In this document: positions 28,869-39,621 of the stretch, in pieces
Layout: each line of letters starts with the position of its first letter
Position numbering within the stretch: the stretch's first letter is position 1
Assembly: GCA_965242695.1 (NCBI GenBank)
Contig: CBDESU010000002.1
Location: 1,312,001-1,376,000 of the forward strand
Length of the DNA stretch: 64,000 bases
Direction: 5' to 3'
Source of the DNA: Cenarchaeum sp.
GTDB taxonomy: Archaea; Thermoproteota; Nitrososphaeria; Nitrososphaerales; Nitrosopumilaceae
The notes under the pieces: generated by a model
The model's database searches: none
What the model saw: only the letters and a program-made list of their open reading frames with translations
Told to the model about the DNA's origin: nothing
Position numbers and translations under genes: made by a program

Positions 28869-29851
28869 GGGGCCGGGACGGGGCATGCGGGCGCGCCGCC
28901 GCCGAGGGCCGCGTCCACGTTGCGCACCGTAAGGCGCGCCATCTCGGCGCGCGTGCGGCCCGTCGAGCTGCCGATGTGCGGGGCCAGGACGACGTTGGGC
29001 ATGGATGCGAGCGGGCTTGACGCGGGCAGGGGCTCGGACTCGAACACATCGAGTGCGGCGCCGGCGATCGTTCCGTCCGCAAGGGCCCTTGCAAGGTCGC
29101 CCTCCTTTACTATGCGGCCGCGCGCCGTGTTGACAAGGATGGCCGTCGGCTTCATCCGGCGCAGCCTCGCAAGGTCGATCATGCCCTCGGTGTCGGCGCT
29201 GAGCGGCGCGTGGATTGTGACGACGTCGGACCGGGACAGGAGGTCGTCCAGGCCGGCCGCCTCCCAGCCGGCGGCGGCGCGAGGGGAAGGGCGCGCCCCT
29301 CCGCCCTTGCCGTTGCAGTACACGATCCGCATGCCGAACGCCTCGGCCCTCTTGGCTACCTGCTCACCTATCCTGCCCAGGCCGATTACGCCGAGGGTCG
29401 CCCCGCGCAGCTCGAACCCGACGTACTCGTCGGCGCGGTAGATGTGCGTCCACCGGCCCGACCGTATGGCGCGATCCCCCTCGCTCACCCTTCTTGCCGC
29501 ATCCAGCACGAGGGCCATGGCAAGGTCGGCCGTTGCATCGGTGAGGACGTCGGGCGTGTACCCGATGGAGATGCCGCGCCGCCGCGCCTCCTCCACATCG
29601 ACATGGTCATAGCCTACGCTGAACGTGGCGATCGCCCTCAGGCGCGGCGCGGCCGCGATAAGCTCGGCATCGATGCGGTCGTACGGAAAGCACACTATCG
29701 CGTCGGCCGCGGCGGACCGAGCGAGAAGGTCGCCCCTCGGCATCGGAGGGACGCCGTCGTACGCGTCGACGTCGTAGCGACTCCGCAGGTCGTCAAGGGC
29801 AAAGCCGTGGATCCTGCCGGTGACGAGCACCCTGTCCATTCTATCCTCCAT
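28865..29851 (-). CDS. gyaR: D-2-hydroxyacid dehydrogenase (glyoxylate reductase/D-glycerate dehydrogenase)
   Basis: SVGYDHVD, TPDVLTDATAD, GLGRIG, NTARG, DVFESEP, PHIGS; start may be 29839. Confidence 0.92.
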   Translation of the reverse strand: MEDRMDRVLVTGRIHGFALDDLRSRYDVDAYDGVPPMPRGDLLARSAAADAIVCFPYDRIDAELIAAAPRLRAIATFSVGYDHVDVEEARRRGISIGYTPDVLTDATADLAMALVLDAARRVSEGDRAIRSGRWTHIYRADEYVGFELRGATLGVIGLGRIGEQVAKRAEAFGMRIVYCNGKGGGARPSPRAAAGWEAAGLDDLLSRSDVVTIHAPLSADTEGMIDLARLRRMKPTAILVNTARGRIVKEGDLARALADGTIAGAALDVFESEPLPASSPLASMPNVVLAPHIGSSTGRTRAEMARLTVRNVDAALGGGAPACPVPAP

Positions 29852-30227
29852 TGCGACCTCCCCGCGCGCGGTGTTCCTAGCGAATATTTACGCCATCCGA
29901 TCGCCTTGCCTAGCAGCAGGCGGCGCGCTGCTGGCCGCCGCGGTTGCGAAATTGTGGGCGCTTGTGCCGCCTTGTCGCCGTGGCCGCGGCGAGGCGCGCA
30001 ACTTGCTGCCACTTGACGACTGCGGCCCCGTCTAGGCATGCCCGACGGCGATGCATCTGCCTGTCAGGCAGCTGCGTGATCGGCATCGACGCAGCGCTCT
30101 GGCGTCCCTTGCTCCCGATGATGTTCACGCTGAGGGTGCACTCTGTGCGACCAACGCTCCGCGTTGGGGTGGGTGGGGGAGGAGAGGGCGCCTCACGTTT
30201 ATATTGCTACACTCTGACGCTCCTGTG

Positions 30228-30707
30228 TTGAACCGTCAGGCCGCCGATCTCGGGTACATATTGAGGCAGTTCCCCGACTTTGACTTTGGCATGGGCGACT
30301 TCAGGCACAGGCTCAGGGTACAAAAGTTCGTGTACCTACTCCAGTCGTTCGACATCTACCTTGGGTACGACTACTCTTGGTACCTGCGCGGGCCGTACTG
30401 CACGCAGCTTGCCACGGTTGGCCATGCACTGAGCAGGTCGTACAGTCACATCCCGTACGACGAGGCGATGGTCTTCTCGAACCCCGATGTGCAGGCGCGC
30501 TTTGAGACGTTCAAAGAGTTCATCAGGGGGCGCGAAAACGACAACGACTTCCTCGAGATTGCCGCATCGATGCACATACTGCACAAGACGAGCGGCCTGG
30601 TGCGCGCCGGTATAGTCGAGAAGGTTGCAGCCAAGCAGGATCGCTTTACGACAGGCGAGTGCAACCGCATCTGGGATGTGATGGAGCAGTGGGAACTGAT
30701 AAAGTAG
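30228..30707 (+). CDS. YwgA/SocA(Panacea)-like protein
   Basis: RLRVQKFVYLLQ...GYDYSWYLRGPY...LEIAAS pattern; TTTATA at 30198; family call from memory. Confidence 0.65.
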   Translation: MNRQAADLGYILRQFPDFDFGMGDFRHRLRVQKFVYLLQSFDIYLGYDYSWYLRGPYCTQLATVGHALSRSYSHIPYDEAMVFSNPDVQARFETFKEFIRGRENDNDFLEIAASMHILHKTSGLVRAGIVEKVAAKQDRFTTGECNRIWDVMEQWELIK

Positions 30708-30943
30708 TGGGCGAAGCGGCCAAGTTCAAGGTCGAGGTCGGGGATCTGGATGCCCAGCGCTCGCCCGACATGGAGTACAGGCCTCGGGACGTCGCACTCT
30801 GCCATCTCTTGGAGGACGCAAGGGAGTCGGGCGACGAGATAGTCCTGATAGGCAGGAACGTCTTCAGGGAGGGGAAAAAGCGGCCCCGTATCGATGAGAT
30901 CATTGTGTCCGACGTTAGCTTGGCCGCACTGCTGCCTCCGTGA
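30707..30943 (+). CDS. Small hypothetical protein (78 aa) coupled to the upstream gene
   Basis: GTG overlaps the upstream TAG by 1 nt; protein-like composition. Confidence 0.6.
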   Translation: MGEAAKFKVEVGDLDAQRSPDMEYRPRDVALCHLLEDARESGDEIVLIGRNVFREGKKRPRIDEIIVSDVSLAALLPP

Positions 30944-31151
30944 TACGGGCCGCCTTGGCACTGCCGTCAACTGTGCAATAGGGCAAAGGCGAGAGGAGGG
31001 TAGGGGGTTGGAACCCCTTAATACCCTGCCACTCCGCCTGCCCTCATTGTCGCCGTTGTCTGCCGGTCCAGCACCAGGCAATCGCAGGGATGCCCGTACC
31101 GCAACCGGGAGGGCGGCGAGCGCGCCGGCCCTTGCGCCTGTAGCACTTCAC

Positions 31152-31736
31152 TTGTTCGAGCTCGACATCCCCGCGCTTGCACAGCTCCTAGAGCCGGTCG
31201 CCAGCGGGCTTGTTGGGGGACTTATTGCGGGCACATTTGCCATATCTCTGTACTTGGCCAACAAGCGGTCGGCGGCAAGGGGGGAGAAGTTTGCTCGGGC
31301 TAGAGCCCTCTGCGTAGAACTTGACTACATAAGCAAGGCCCTGCCTGATGCCAGCCTTGGCCGGTTCACGATGAGCCCAACGTACCACCTCGGGAAGAAA
31401 GGGGTGCACTCGGCGCATTCAGAATTGGGCCGCCCTTCACCATCCTCGGGAATCGCCCCCGCGGGCATGCTTGGATCGGCGTACCGTGGACTGGTAAATT
31501 CAGGCGGCATATCGGTCTTTGGGGCCTCGCTACAGGAGCGACTGTACGGCTTCTATGTACACTTGGAGAGGGGCGACTACGACGTGGTACACGAGCAGGC
31601 GCTGCCGATGATGAAGGAGGTTGCCAAGTTCAGGGACGCAAACGCGCCTCTTGCGCCGCGGGCTCGCATGCGGCGCGCAGGTGAGCATCTGCATGCATCG
31701 TTGCGGCGGCAGCGCGGGGGCATGCGCAGGGCATAG
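31152..31736 (+). CDS. Hypothetical protein with N-terminal TM helix
   Basis: VASGLVGGLIAGTFAISLYLA hydrophobic segment; lower GC; start uncertain. Confidence 0.5.
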   Translation: MFELDIPALAQLLEPVASGLVGGLIAGTFAISLYLANKRSAARGEKFARARALCVELDYISKALPDASLGRFTMSPTYHLGKKGVHSAHSELGRPSPSSGIAPAGMLGSAYRGLVNSGGISVFGASLQERLYGFYVHLERGDYDVVHEQALPMMKEVAKFRDANAPLAPRARMRRAGEHLHASLRRQRGGMRRA

Positions 31737-31901
31737 AGCAGGCGGCCGCGCCGACATCGGGATCGTCATGCGCACAGGGAGTGGATGCGGGCGTCAGGCG
31801 CGGGGCTTGGCCGTATGCGGCCGCCTGTCGGGGCTTTGGCGCGCGATCTCCGTGGGTTGCCGCGCGGCAAGCCATTTATAGCATGCACCCGTGGCCGAGC
31901 C

Positions 31902-32039
31902 GTGATCACGGACGAGGAGGACTTTGCCATCTGCGTCGAGTGCGGCAACCCGCTCGAGAACTGCCAGTGCGTCTGCGCGTTCTGCGGCGAGCGCGACGAG
32001 TGCGAGTGCGCCCTCGGCGACTCTGCGACGGGCGGATAG
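31902..32039 (+). CDS. Small Cys-rich acidic protein (45 aa, 8 Cys, C-terminal GG)
   Basis: MITDEEDFAICVECGNPLENCQCVCAFCGERDECECALGDSATGG; TTTATA at 31875-31880. Confidence 0.75.
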   Translation: MITDEEDFAICVECGNPLENCQCVCAFCGERDECECALGDSATGG

Positions 32040-32134
32040 CGAGGCCGCCTGCTCTCCTTGCGACCCCTGCGCATCCCCGCCCCCGCCAGGCCCCTGCCCA
32101 AACCTTCTTAACGGATCCGTCGGCGCGCCCGGCA

Positions 32135-34045
32135 ATGGCCACCGACGTGTCCTGGCTGATCGGCGGCCCGCAGGGCAGCGGTGTAGAGTCGGCGGCCAAC
32201 ATCTTCTCGCGCGTGTGCGCCAGGCTCGGCTACAACGTGTTCGGCAAGCGCGAGTTCTACTCGAACATAAAGGGCGAGCACAGCTACTTTGTCGTCCGCG
32301 TCTCGGACGCCCCCGTCCGCTCCAACGTCAACGACATAGACCTGCTCGTCTCGTATGACGCAGAGACGATATTTCGGCACGCCGAGGACGTGGCCGACAA
32401 GTGCGCCGTCCTGTACGACTCGGACCTGGACGCGGTGACGACAGACGACGTAAAGACGCTCGACGCGCCGTTTCGCGCCAGGCTGGAGGCCCACCTCAAG
32501 GCGGCTGGCAAGCCGAATACGGTCGCCGGCATACTGGAGATCGCGCAGGCGCGCGGCGCCCACGTGTTCCCAGTCTCGTTCAGCTCGCTGCTCGAAAGGC
32601 TCGCGTCCGAGGAGGGAAACCCGCGCCTCAAGGGCATGAAGCGGCTCTTCAACGTCCTCGGCGTGTCGCTCTCGCTCGGCGTCCTGAGCATGCCGACCGA
32701 CCCGCTGCTAGAGGCCGTAGACTCGATATTCGCAAAAAAGCCAAAGGTCGCCGAGCTAAACAAGCATGCCGCGCGCCTTGCGTACGCGCGCGGCACCGAG
32801 TTTACGGACCTGGACCATTCTCTGCCGCGCATTGAAAAGCGCCCGCATACGATGCTCGTGCAGGGGTTCCAGGGCACGGCCATCGGAAAGATGGTGTGCG
32901 GCTGCCGCTTCCAGCCGTACTATCCGATAACGCCGGCATCCGACGAGAGCGTCTACCTAGAGACCAACGAGGTCCTTGCCGTCGAGGGGGACAGGCCGGG
33001 TTCGACCCTGGTCGTGCAGAGCGAGGACGAGATATGCGCCCTGGGGATGACGATCGGGGGCGCCGTCGCTGGCGCCCGCTCGTCGACGTGCACGTCGGGG
33101 CCGGGCTTTTCGCTAATGGCCGAGGCGCTCGGCTGGGCCGGCATCAACGAGGTGCCCGTCGTCGTGACGATGTACCAGCGGAGCGGCCCGTCGACGGGCC
33201 TGCCGACGCGGCACGGCCAGGACGACCTGCTGTTCGCCGTCCACGCGGGGCACGGCGAGTTTCCGCGCATAGTGTACGCGTCGGGCGACGTAGAGGAGAG
33301 CTTTTACGACACGGGGCGGTGCTTCAACTACGCCGACGTGTACCAGGTGCCCGTCGTGCACATGATGGACAAGCTCGTCGCAAGCTCGGTCGTGACGTGC
33401 CCCCGGTTCGACCCCTCGAGGGTTGCGATCGACCGCGGCAAGCTCCTTGCGCGGGTCGAGGAGGGCGCGGACTACCGCCGGTTCGCGCGCTCGGACGACT
33501 GCGTCTCGCCGCGCTCCGTACTGGGCCTCGAGAACGGCGTGTTCTGGAACACGGGCGACGAGAGCGACGAGTACGGCCACATCACCGAGGACCCCGTCGT
33601 GCGAGTCGAGATGATGGACAAGCGCGCCGGCAAGCTGCCCCGCATGCTGCGCGAGATACCCGATGTCGAGCAGGCCGTCTCGTACGGCGTGCGCGAGCAC
33701 ACCGTCGTCAGCTGGGGCTCGGCCAAGGGCGCCGTCCTGGACGCCATCGAGATGCTGCGCGCCGAGGGGATCGACGTCGGGTTCGTACAGGTAAAGCTCC
33801 TCTGCCCGTTCCCCGTGGACTACCTGAGGTTCCTGCTGCGCGACGCAAAGGTCGTCATCGACGTGGAGGCCAACCAGACTGCGCAGCTCGGCCAGCTGAT
33901 GCGGATGCATGCGGGGATCGAGCCGGACCACTGCGTGCTAAAGTACACGGGCCGGGCCATGACGTGCACCGAGGTGCGCGATGCGCTAAGGAGGATAGTC
34001 TCGGGCGGGGCCGAGAAGAGGGAGGTGCTCACCCACGGCGCCTAG
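32135..34045 (+). CDS. 2-oxoacid:ferredoxin oxidoreductase alpha subunit (gamma-alpha fusion)
   Basis: [51 protein letters not shown]. Confidence 0.95.
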   Translation: MATDVSWLIGGPQGSGVESAANIFSRVCARLGYNVFGKREFYSNIKGEHSYFVVRVSDAPVRSNVNDIDLLVSYDAETIFRHAEDVADKCAVLYDSDLDAVTTDDVKTLDAPFRARLEAHLKAAGKPNTVAGILEIAQARGAHVFPVSFSSLLERLASEEGNPRLKGMKRLFNVLGVSLSLGVLSMPTDPLLEAVDSIFAKKPKVAELNKHAARLAYARGTEFTDLDHSLPRIEKRPHTMLVQGFQGTAIGKMVCGCRFQPYYPITPASDESVYLETNEVLAVEGDRPGSTLVVQSEDEICALGMTIGGAVAGARSSTCTSGPGFSLMAEALGWAGINEVPVVVTMYQRSGPSTGLPTRHGQDDLLFAVHAGHGEFPRIVYASGDVEESFYDTGRCFNYADVYQVPVVHMMDKLVASSVVTCPRFDPSRVAIDRGKLLARVEEGADYRRFARSDDCVSPRSVLGLENGVFWNTGDESDEYGHITEDPVVRVEMMDKRAGKLPRMLREIPDVEQAVSYGVREHTVVSWGSAKGAVLDAIEMLRAEGIDVGFVQVKLLCPFPVDYLRFLLRDAKVVIDVEANQTAQLGQLMRMHAGIEPDHCVLKYTGRAMTCTEVRDALRRIVSGGAEKREVLTHGA

Positions 34046-35027
34046 CGGCACCCTTGCGGGGTACAAGACCGGCGTGCACAACGACTGGTGCCCCGGGTGC
34101 GGCGACTTTGGCATCGTAAACGCCATACAGATGGCGCTCGCCGAGCTCGAGGTGCCGCGCCACCGCGCCGCGCTGTTCTCGGGGATAGGCTGCTCGGGCA
34201 AGACGTCGCACTACGTCAACGTGTACGGCGTGCACACGCTGCACGGCAGGGTGCTGACGTTCGCGCAGGGGGCAAAGCTCGCAAACCCGGGGCTTACCGT
34301 CGTCGCTGCCGGCGGCGACGGCGACGGGCTCGGCATCGGGGCCGGCCACTTTGTGGCCGCCGGCAGGCGCAACATCGACATGACGTACATCGTCTTCGAC
34401 AACGGCGTATACGGCCTGACAAAGGGGCAGGCCTCGCCTACGCTAAAGCTCGGCGAAAAGACAAAGTCCCTGCCGTCGCCGAACACAAACTACAACGTAA
34501 ACCCCATTGGGCTCGCCGTGGCAAGCGGCTACACGTTCGTCGCGCGCGGGTACTCTTACGACGTGCGCCACCTAAAGGACCTCATAAAGGCGGCCGTGCG
34601 CCACAGGGGACTGGCGTTCCTCGACGTCCTCCAGCCGTGCCCCACGTACAACGACATCAACACGCGCGACTGGTACGCCGGCAAGGACCTCAAGGAGCGG
34701 GCGGCGGAGGAGGGGCAGGAGACCGCAGCCGCGCGCCACGCCCGCATATACAAGCTCGAGGAGACGGGGTACGACCCCGTCGTCCACTACAGCGAAGAGT
34801 CCGAGGTCAACACGCGCCTCGGCCAGGCACTCACAAAGTCACTCGAGTGGGGCGACCGCATACCGATCGGCGTGTTCTACCGCAACGAGCTCGTCACGCC
34901 GTACGCCGGCCGCATCGCCGACAAGATACCCAACTACGAGGAGAACCCGCCGGCGGTGCAGCGCATAGAGCGGCAGGGGCGGCCCACGACGGACGTGTCT
35001 GCGCTCCTCGACTCGCTGGAGATCTAG
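34035..35027 (+). CDS. 2-oxoacid:ferredoxin oxidoreductase beta subunit (probable ACG start at 34035; first standard start GTG 34074)
   Basis: [22 protein letters not shown] motif, [18 protein letters not shown]; SD GGAGGTG at 34021-34027. Confidence 0.93.
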   Translation, partial: TAPSGTLAGYKTGVHNDWCPGCGDFGIVNAIQMALAELEVPRHRAALFSGIGCSGKTSHYVNVYGVHTLHGRVLTFAQGAKLANPGLTVVAAGGDGDGLGIGAGHFVAAGRRNIDMTYIVFDNGVYGLTKGQASPTLKLGEKTKSLPSPNTNYNVNPIGLAVASGYTFVARGYSYDVRHLKDLIKAAVRHRGLAFLDVLQPCPTYNDINTRDWYAGKDLKERAAEEGQETAAARHARIYKLEETGYDPVVHYSEESEVNTRLGQALTKSLEWGDRIPIGVFYRNELVTPYAGRIADKIPNYEENPPAVQRIERQGRPTTDVSALLDSLEI

Positions 35028-35311
35028 GATGGATGGGGAATGCGACAGGTATCCTGCGGGGCGCAGGCAGCCGCGCCGGCGATCCTGCCGGAGGCCGCGC
35101 CGCTCCCGCGCCCTCGTTGCGATCAAAACTTGGCACACGACGGCTGACCCCGCACACCTGTCCTGCTTGGCGGCTGGGGGTGCGGGGGGGGAGGGCCAAA
35201 GGCGCGCGACGTGTGCGCCGCCGGCAAGGGATAATAAGCCGCCCCCGGCGCGCCGGGCCTGCCAATGCCGCACAGCACGCCGCGGGCCTCCCGCCGGGCC
35301 GGGGAACTGCC

Positions 35312-36961
35312 TTGAGCGGGGAGGATGCCGCCCCTTCCGTCGCGCCACCGCCAGCCGGCGGCGGCGGCAGAGGTGGCTTTGAGGCGCAGCTGCGCTCGCT
35401 CGGGCTGGATCCGGCAAGGGCCCATCGCAACCTGCATCCCGACGAGCTGGCCCGCATGGCCGTAGCCCGCGGCGAGGGCGCGATTGCGAGCACCGGCTCG
35501 CTGTCGGTGCGGACGGGCCGCTACACGGGCCGCTCGCCGGACGACCGCTACATCGTCGACGACGAGACGACGCACGGCACGGTCGACTGGGGCAAGATCA
35601 ACCACCCGCTCGCGCCGGACCTGTTCGCGCGGATCATGGAAAGGATGAAGGCCGCCGCGCGCGAGGCCCCCGAGCTGTTCGTGTTCGACGGCTTTGTCGG
35701 CGCCGATCCTGCCAGCCGCCTGCCGATCCGCGTCATTGGCGACCGCGCCTGGCAGTCGCTGTTCGCCAGGCAGATGTTCATACGGCCGACCGAGTCCGAG
35801 CTCGCCTCGCACGACCCAGAGTTTACCGTCCTGTGCCTCAACGGCTTCGAGGCCGACCCCTCCTCGGACGGGACCAACTCGAACGTCTTCATACTCATCG
35901 ACCTCACGCGCCGGACTGTCCTGATCGGCGGCACGCACTACGCCGGCGAGATCAAAAAGTCCATGTTTACCGTCATGAACTACGTCCTGCCCGCAAGGGG
36001 CATCTTCCCGATGCACTGCTCGGCGAACACGGGCAGGGGCGGGGGCGACACGGCGCTGTTCTTTGGGCTGTCGGGCACGGGCAAGACGTCGCTGTCGGCC
36101 GATCCCGACAGGGGCCTCGTCGGCGACGACGAGCACGGCTGGTCGGACACGGGCGTGTTCAACTTCGAGGGCGGCTGCTACGCAAAGTGCATAAACCTGA
36201 GCCGGGATGCCGAGCCGCAGATATGGGACGCGATCCGGCCGGGAACCGTCCTCGAGAACGTGGTGCTGGCGGGGCCGTCGAACGCGCCGGACTTTGCCGA
36301 CGGCAGCCTCACCGAGAACACGCGGGCCGCCTACCCGCTCGACTACATACCGGGCGCCGTGTCGCCCAGCGTCGGCGGCCACCCCCGCGTGATCGTATTC
36401 CTGACCGCCGACGCGCTCGGCGTCCTCCCGCCCCTCTCGCGCCTCTCGCGCAGCGCGGCCATGTACCACTTCATGTCGGGGTACACGAGCAAGCTTGCGG
36501 GCACGGAGCGCGGCATAAAGGAGCCAAAGGCCGCATTTTCCGAGTGCTTTGGGGCCCCGTTCATGCCGCGGCCGGCGACCGAGTACGCCCGGATGCTCGG
36601 CGAGAAGATCGACCGGCACGGCACGCGCGTGTACCTCGTCAACACGGGGTGGTCTGGCGGGCCGTACGGCGTGGGCAGGCGCATACGGATCGGGCACAGC
36701 CGCGCCATGGTCTCGGCCGTGCTCGGCGGCCGGCTCGACGAGTCCGGCTACCGCCGCGATGCGCTGTTCAACCTCGACGTGCCGGTGTCGTGCCCCGGTG
36801 TGCCGGCCGAGATACTCGACCCGCGCAACACGTGGGACGACAAGGGCGCGTACGACGAGTCGGCCCGCCGCCTCGCCCGCATGTTCGTCGACAACTTTGC
36901 AAAGTTCGGGGGCGCCTCGCCCGACATACGGAACGCGGGGCCGCGCCCCGACGCGTCCTAG
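35312..36961 (+). CDS. pckA: Phosphoenolpyruvate carboxykinase (ATP)
   Basis: TGRSP.D, YAGEIKKS, MHCSAN, GLSGTGKT, DDEHGW, NFEGGCYAK, ENTR; start approximate. Confidence 0.95.
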   Translation: MSGEDAAPSVAPPPAGGGGRGGFEAQLRSLGLDPARAHRNLHPDELARMAVARGEGAIASTGSLSVRTGRYTGRSPDDRYIVDDETTHGTVDWGKINHPLAPDLFARIMERMKAAAREAPELFVFDGFVGADPASRLPIRVIGDRAWQSLFARQMFIRPTESELASHDPEFTVLCLNGFEADPSSDGTNSNVFILIDLTRRTVLIGGTHYAGEIKKSMFTVMNYVLPARGIFPMHCSANTGRGGGDTALFFGLSGTGKTSLSADPDRGLVGDDEHGWSDTGVFNFEGGCYAKCINLSRDAEPQIWDAIRPGTVLENVVLAGPSNAPDFADGSLTENTRAAYPLDYIPGAVSPSVGGHPRVIVFLTADALGVLPPLSRLSRSAAMYHFMSGYTSKLAGTERGIKEPKAAFSECFGAPFMPRPATEYARMLGEKIDRHGTRVYLVNTGWSGGPYGVGRRIRIGHSRAMVSAVLGGRLDESGYRRDALFNLDVPVSCPGVPAEILDPRNTWDDKGAYDESARRLARMFVDNFAKFGGASPDIRNAGPRPDAS

Positions 36962-39285
36962 GCCTGCCGCGCCCCGCCGCCGGACGATCGCGCGGGATGG
37001 CGCGGCATCGGCGGCGCGCGCCTCGACTGCACCGCAATTGCGGCTCCCGCGGCCGCAATGGCGGCGACGGCCGCGGCGACGATGGGCGCCTGCCTCTCGG
37101 GCAGGTGCGGCCAGGGGATGCCGCCGCCGGCCGGGTCGGGCCTTTCACCGCCCGCGGCCCCGTCCCCCGCCGCCCCGGCCACGTCCACCTTGCCGAACGC
37201 ATCGGCGACCGGCCCGCCCGGCCGCCCGCCGACCAGTATGCTAGCCTCGATCCAGTGCGTGCCGCCGCGCTCGACGCCGATGCGCGCCGGCTCGCCTGGC
37301 CTTGACGAGGAGTGGTACTGCGCGCCCGTGAGCGGGTCGGTTACGGTCACCCTCGCGTACGACCAGCCGCCGGGGGCCTCGACGCTGACCTCGAGGGCGC
37401 CCCCCTCCCCGCCGCCCGCACCAAGGCCGAGCCAGCCTGCGCCTCTTGGAACCTCGGCCGCCGAGACCGTCCCGTTCGAGACCCTGACCATGACGGGCAC
37501 AGTGTACGACCCTTCCCCGTCGGAGACGGCAAGCGAGCCGGCCAGCGTGCGCGTTCTCCAGTCGGCCTCGCCTTCCCCCCCGCCCTCCGCGCCGCCGCCA
37601 AGCGACGCACGGAGCGTGACCGTGGCGCCGTTCCCCGGCCCGTACTCGACCGAGTGGTTCCCGGACACGCCGCGCGGCAGGCTCGCCGAGACGTCGAGGG
37701 GCCCCACCGGCCCGCCGTCTATCCTTGCCACGCCGATCGACGCCGAGCCGGACGGCCGCGCCGGCGACGCGTCCAGGTCGAGCAGGGGCGGCTCGAAGAC
37801 GATCCCGGCCGCAAGGGCCCTTGTGGCGTTGAGCCGCCCGGCGCCGGCCGCGTCCGGCAGGCCCCTGCCGACATTCGGCGACCCCTCTGCACCGGCGACC
37901 TCGTCCGCCGTAGTCACAAGGATCGACCTTACGGCCGCCGGCGACAGGCCGGGATGCCTCTCGAGCAGCAGGGCGGCCGCGCCGGCCACGTGCGGCGCGG
38001 CAAAGCTCGTCCCGCTCGACACGTTGTACCCGCCCCCGTTGAGCGTCGTGTTGACGAAGACGCCGGGCGCGACCAGGTCCGGCTTTGGGTAGAACGGAGA
38101 GACGGGGCCCCTCGAGCTGAACCCGACGACAAAGTCGGGGCTCTCCATCACCTCGAGGACCGCCGGCGCCGCGCCCCCTCCCAGTCCAGCCGCCTCGCGC
38201 AGCTCGAGCCCGTCCTCCCTTGAGATCGAGGCGGCCGGGATGGACGGGGCGTACCCGTCGGGGTTGTGCTCGTGGACCAGCTCGCCAAAGAACATGCCCG
38301 GCTCGCTGTTGTACACGACAATGGCGGCCGCGCCGCCGGCAGCCGCGTTGCGCTCCTTGTCCGAAAAGTATACGAGCGTGTCGGGGTCTGCGCTGCCGCG
38401 CTCGGCGAGCACTATCGCGCCTGCCACCGCGGATCCGGCCCGCTCGATGTCGGACTCTGTGGCGTGGCCCGCGAACACGATGCGCCCCTCGACCGGCCCC
38501 TGCGGCTCGGGCGCGCCGACCATCGGGACGGCGCCGTACGTCGAGCCTCCGTACTCGATCGTGGCCACCAGGCCGGCCGTCACGTTGTTGTAGGTGGCGC
38601 CGACGGTAATCACGTTGGGGTTGCGGCCGGGGCTGCCGATGCTGCCGGGATCGGGGCCGTCGTTTCCGGCGGCCGCCACGACGACGACGCCGCCGGCGAC
38701 GGCGCGGTTGACCTCGGCGTCAATGTCCTCGTTGGTCCGGTTCACGCCTAGGCTGATGTTGACCACGTCGGCGCCGTCTGCCACGGCCTCCCTGACTGCC
38801 AGCATGATGACGTCCGGCGAGACCGACAGGCCGTCGCCGGACACCTTGTACGATGCGATCTCGGAGAGCGGGGCCATGCCGCGCAGGGCGCCGCCTGCCG
38901 CAATGACTCCGGCCACGCCCGTGCCGTGCCCATCAGCATCAAAGGCGGGGCCCGCGCCGAGCAGGTTGCGCGAGGCGGCGATCCTCGAGCCGCCGTCCTT
39001 GCCGGCAAAGTCGGGGTGGAACGTGTCGACGCCCGTGTCGATGACGGCGACCTTGATTCCGGCCCCGCCGGGCCCCCCGGCCCGCTCTGCCGGCGCCCCG
39101 CCGCCCCAGACGTACGGGATGCTGTCCTCGAGGGCCTTTGAGGGGAGGCCCGCCCCGGACTGCGGATCGGGCGGACCGGCGGCGGCCCCTGCCGCGAGGC
39201 AGGCCGCCGCAACGGCAACGGCGACGGCCGCAACCGCGGCGGCGAACGCAGGCGCGGGCGCGGCCCGGCCGGATGCGCGGCTCAC
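36958..39285 (-). CDS. Secreted subtilisin-like S8 serine protease with PA domain and C-terminal membrane anchor
   Basis: VIDTG, HGTGVAG, AAAGN, GTSFAAPHVAG; signal peptide; C-terminal hydrophobic helix. Confidence 0.93.
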   Translation of the reverse strand: MSRASGRAAPAPAFAAAVAAVAVAVAAACLAAGAAAGPPDPQSGAGLPSKALEDSIPYVWGGGAPAERAGGPGGAGIKVAVIDTGVDTFHPDFAGKDGGSRIAASRNLLGAGPAFDADGHGTGVAGVIAAGGALRGMAPLSEIASYKVSGDGLSVSPDVIMLAVREAVADGADVVNISLGVNRTNEDIDAEVNRAVAGGVVVVAAAGNDGPDPGSIGSPGRNPNVITVGATYNNVTAGLVATIEYGGSTYGAVPMVGAPEPQGPVEGRIVFAGHATESDIERAGSAVAGAIVLAERGSADPDTLVYFSDKERNAAAGGAAAIVVYNSEPGMFFGELVHEHNPDGYAPSIPAASISREDGLELREAAGLGGGAAPAVLEVMESPDFVVGFSSRGPVSPFYPKPDLVAPGVFVNTTLNGGGYNVSSGTSFAAPHVAGAAALLLERHPGLSPAAVRSILVTTADEVAGAEGSPNVGRGLPDAAGAGRLNATRALAAGIVFEPPLLDLDASPARPSGSASIGVARIDGGPVGPLDVSASLPRGVSGNHSVEYGPGNGATVTLRASLGGGAEGGGEGEADWRTRTLAGSLAVSDGEGSYTVPVMVRVSNGTVSAAEVPRGAGWLGLGAGGGEGGALEVSVEAPGGWSYARVTVTDPLTGAQYHSSSRPGEPARIGVERGGTHWIEASILVGGRPGGPVADAFGKVDVAGAAGDGAAGGERPDPAGGGIPWPHLPERQAPIVAAAVAAIAAAGAAIAVQSRRAPPMPRHPARSSGGGARQA

Positions 39286-39621
39286 GGCACGCGCGGCTGC
39301 GCGTCTTCTATTAACCGGTTACAGCGGCTTGGGCGGGCGCATGGGCCTGCTGGCGGCAGGGCGGGGGGCGGGGGAGGGAGGAGGGGGCTAGCCTGCGCAG
39401 CGGGGAGTATCGTGCGCCTGGCATTCCCGCCGCCTAGGGCGCAGGGAGCGGGGGATTCCACAGCGAGCATGGGAGCGGCCGTCTTCGTCCGAGCCAGCCG
39501 GCGTGTGCCGCGGAGGCGCCATGCCGAGCGAGGCATGCCTGAGGCTTTCTGGCCACTTGAACGGGGCGCGGCAGGGCGTCCGTGCCCCTGCCCTGCCGCC
39601 TCCCAGAGCCCGGCGGCGGCG

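Noticed and set aside
34088-35311. 957-aa ORF suggesting a long N-terminal fusion on PckA
   Set aside because: The extension is an Arg-rich shadow frame over OFOR beta and intergenic DNA, expected at this GC; the same applies to most overlapping Arg/Pro-rich ORFs in the track
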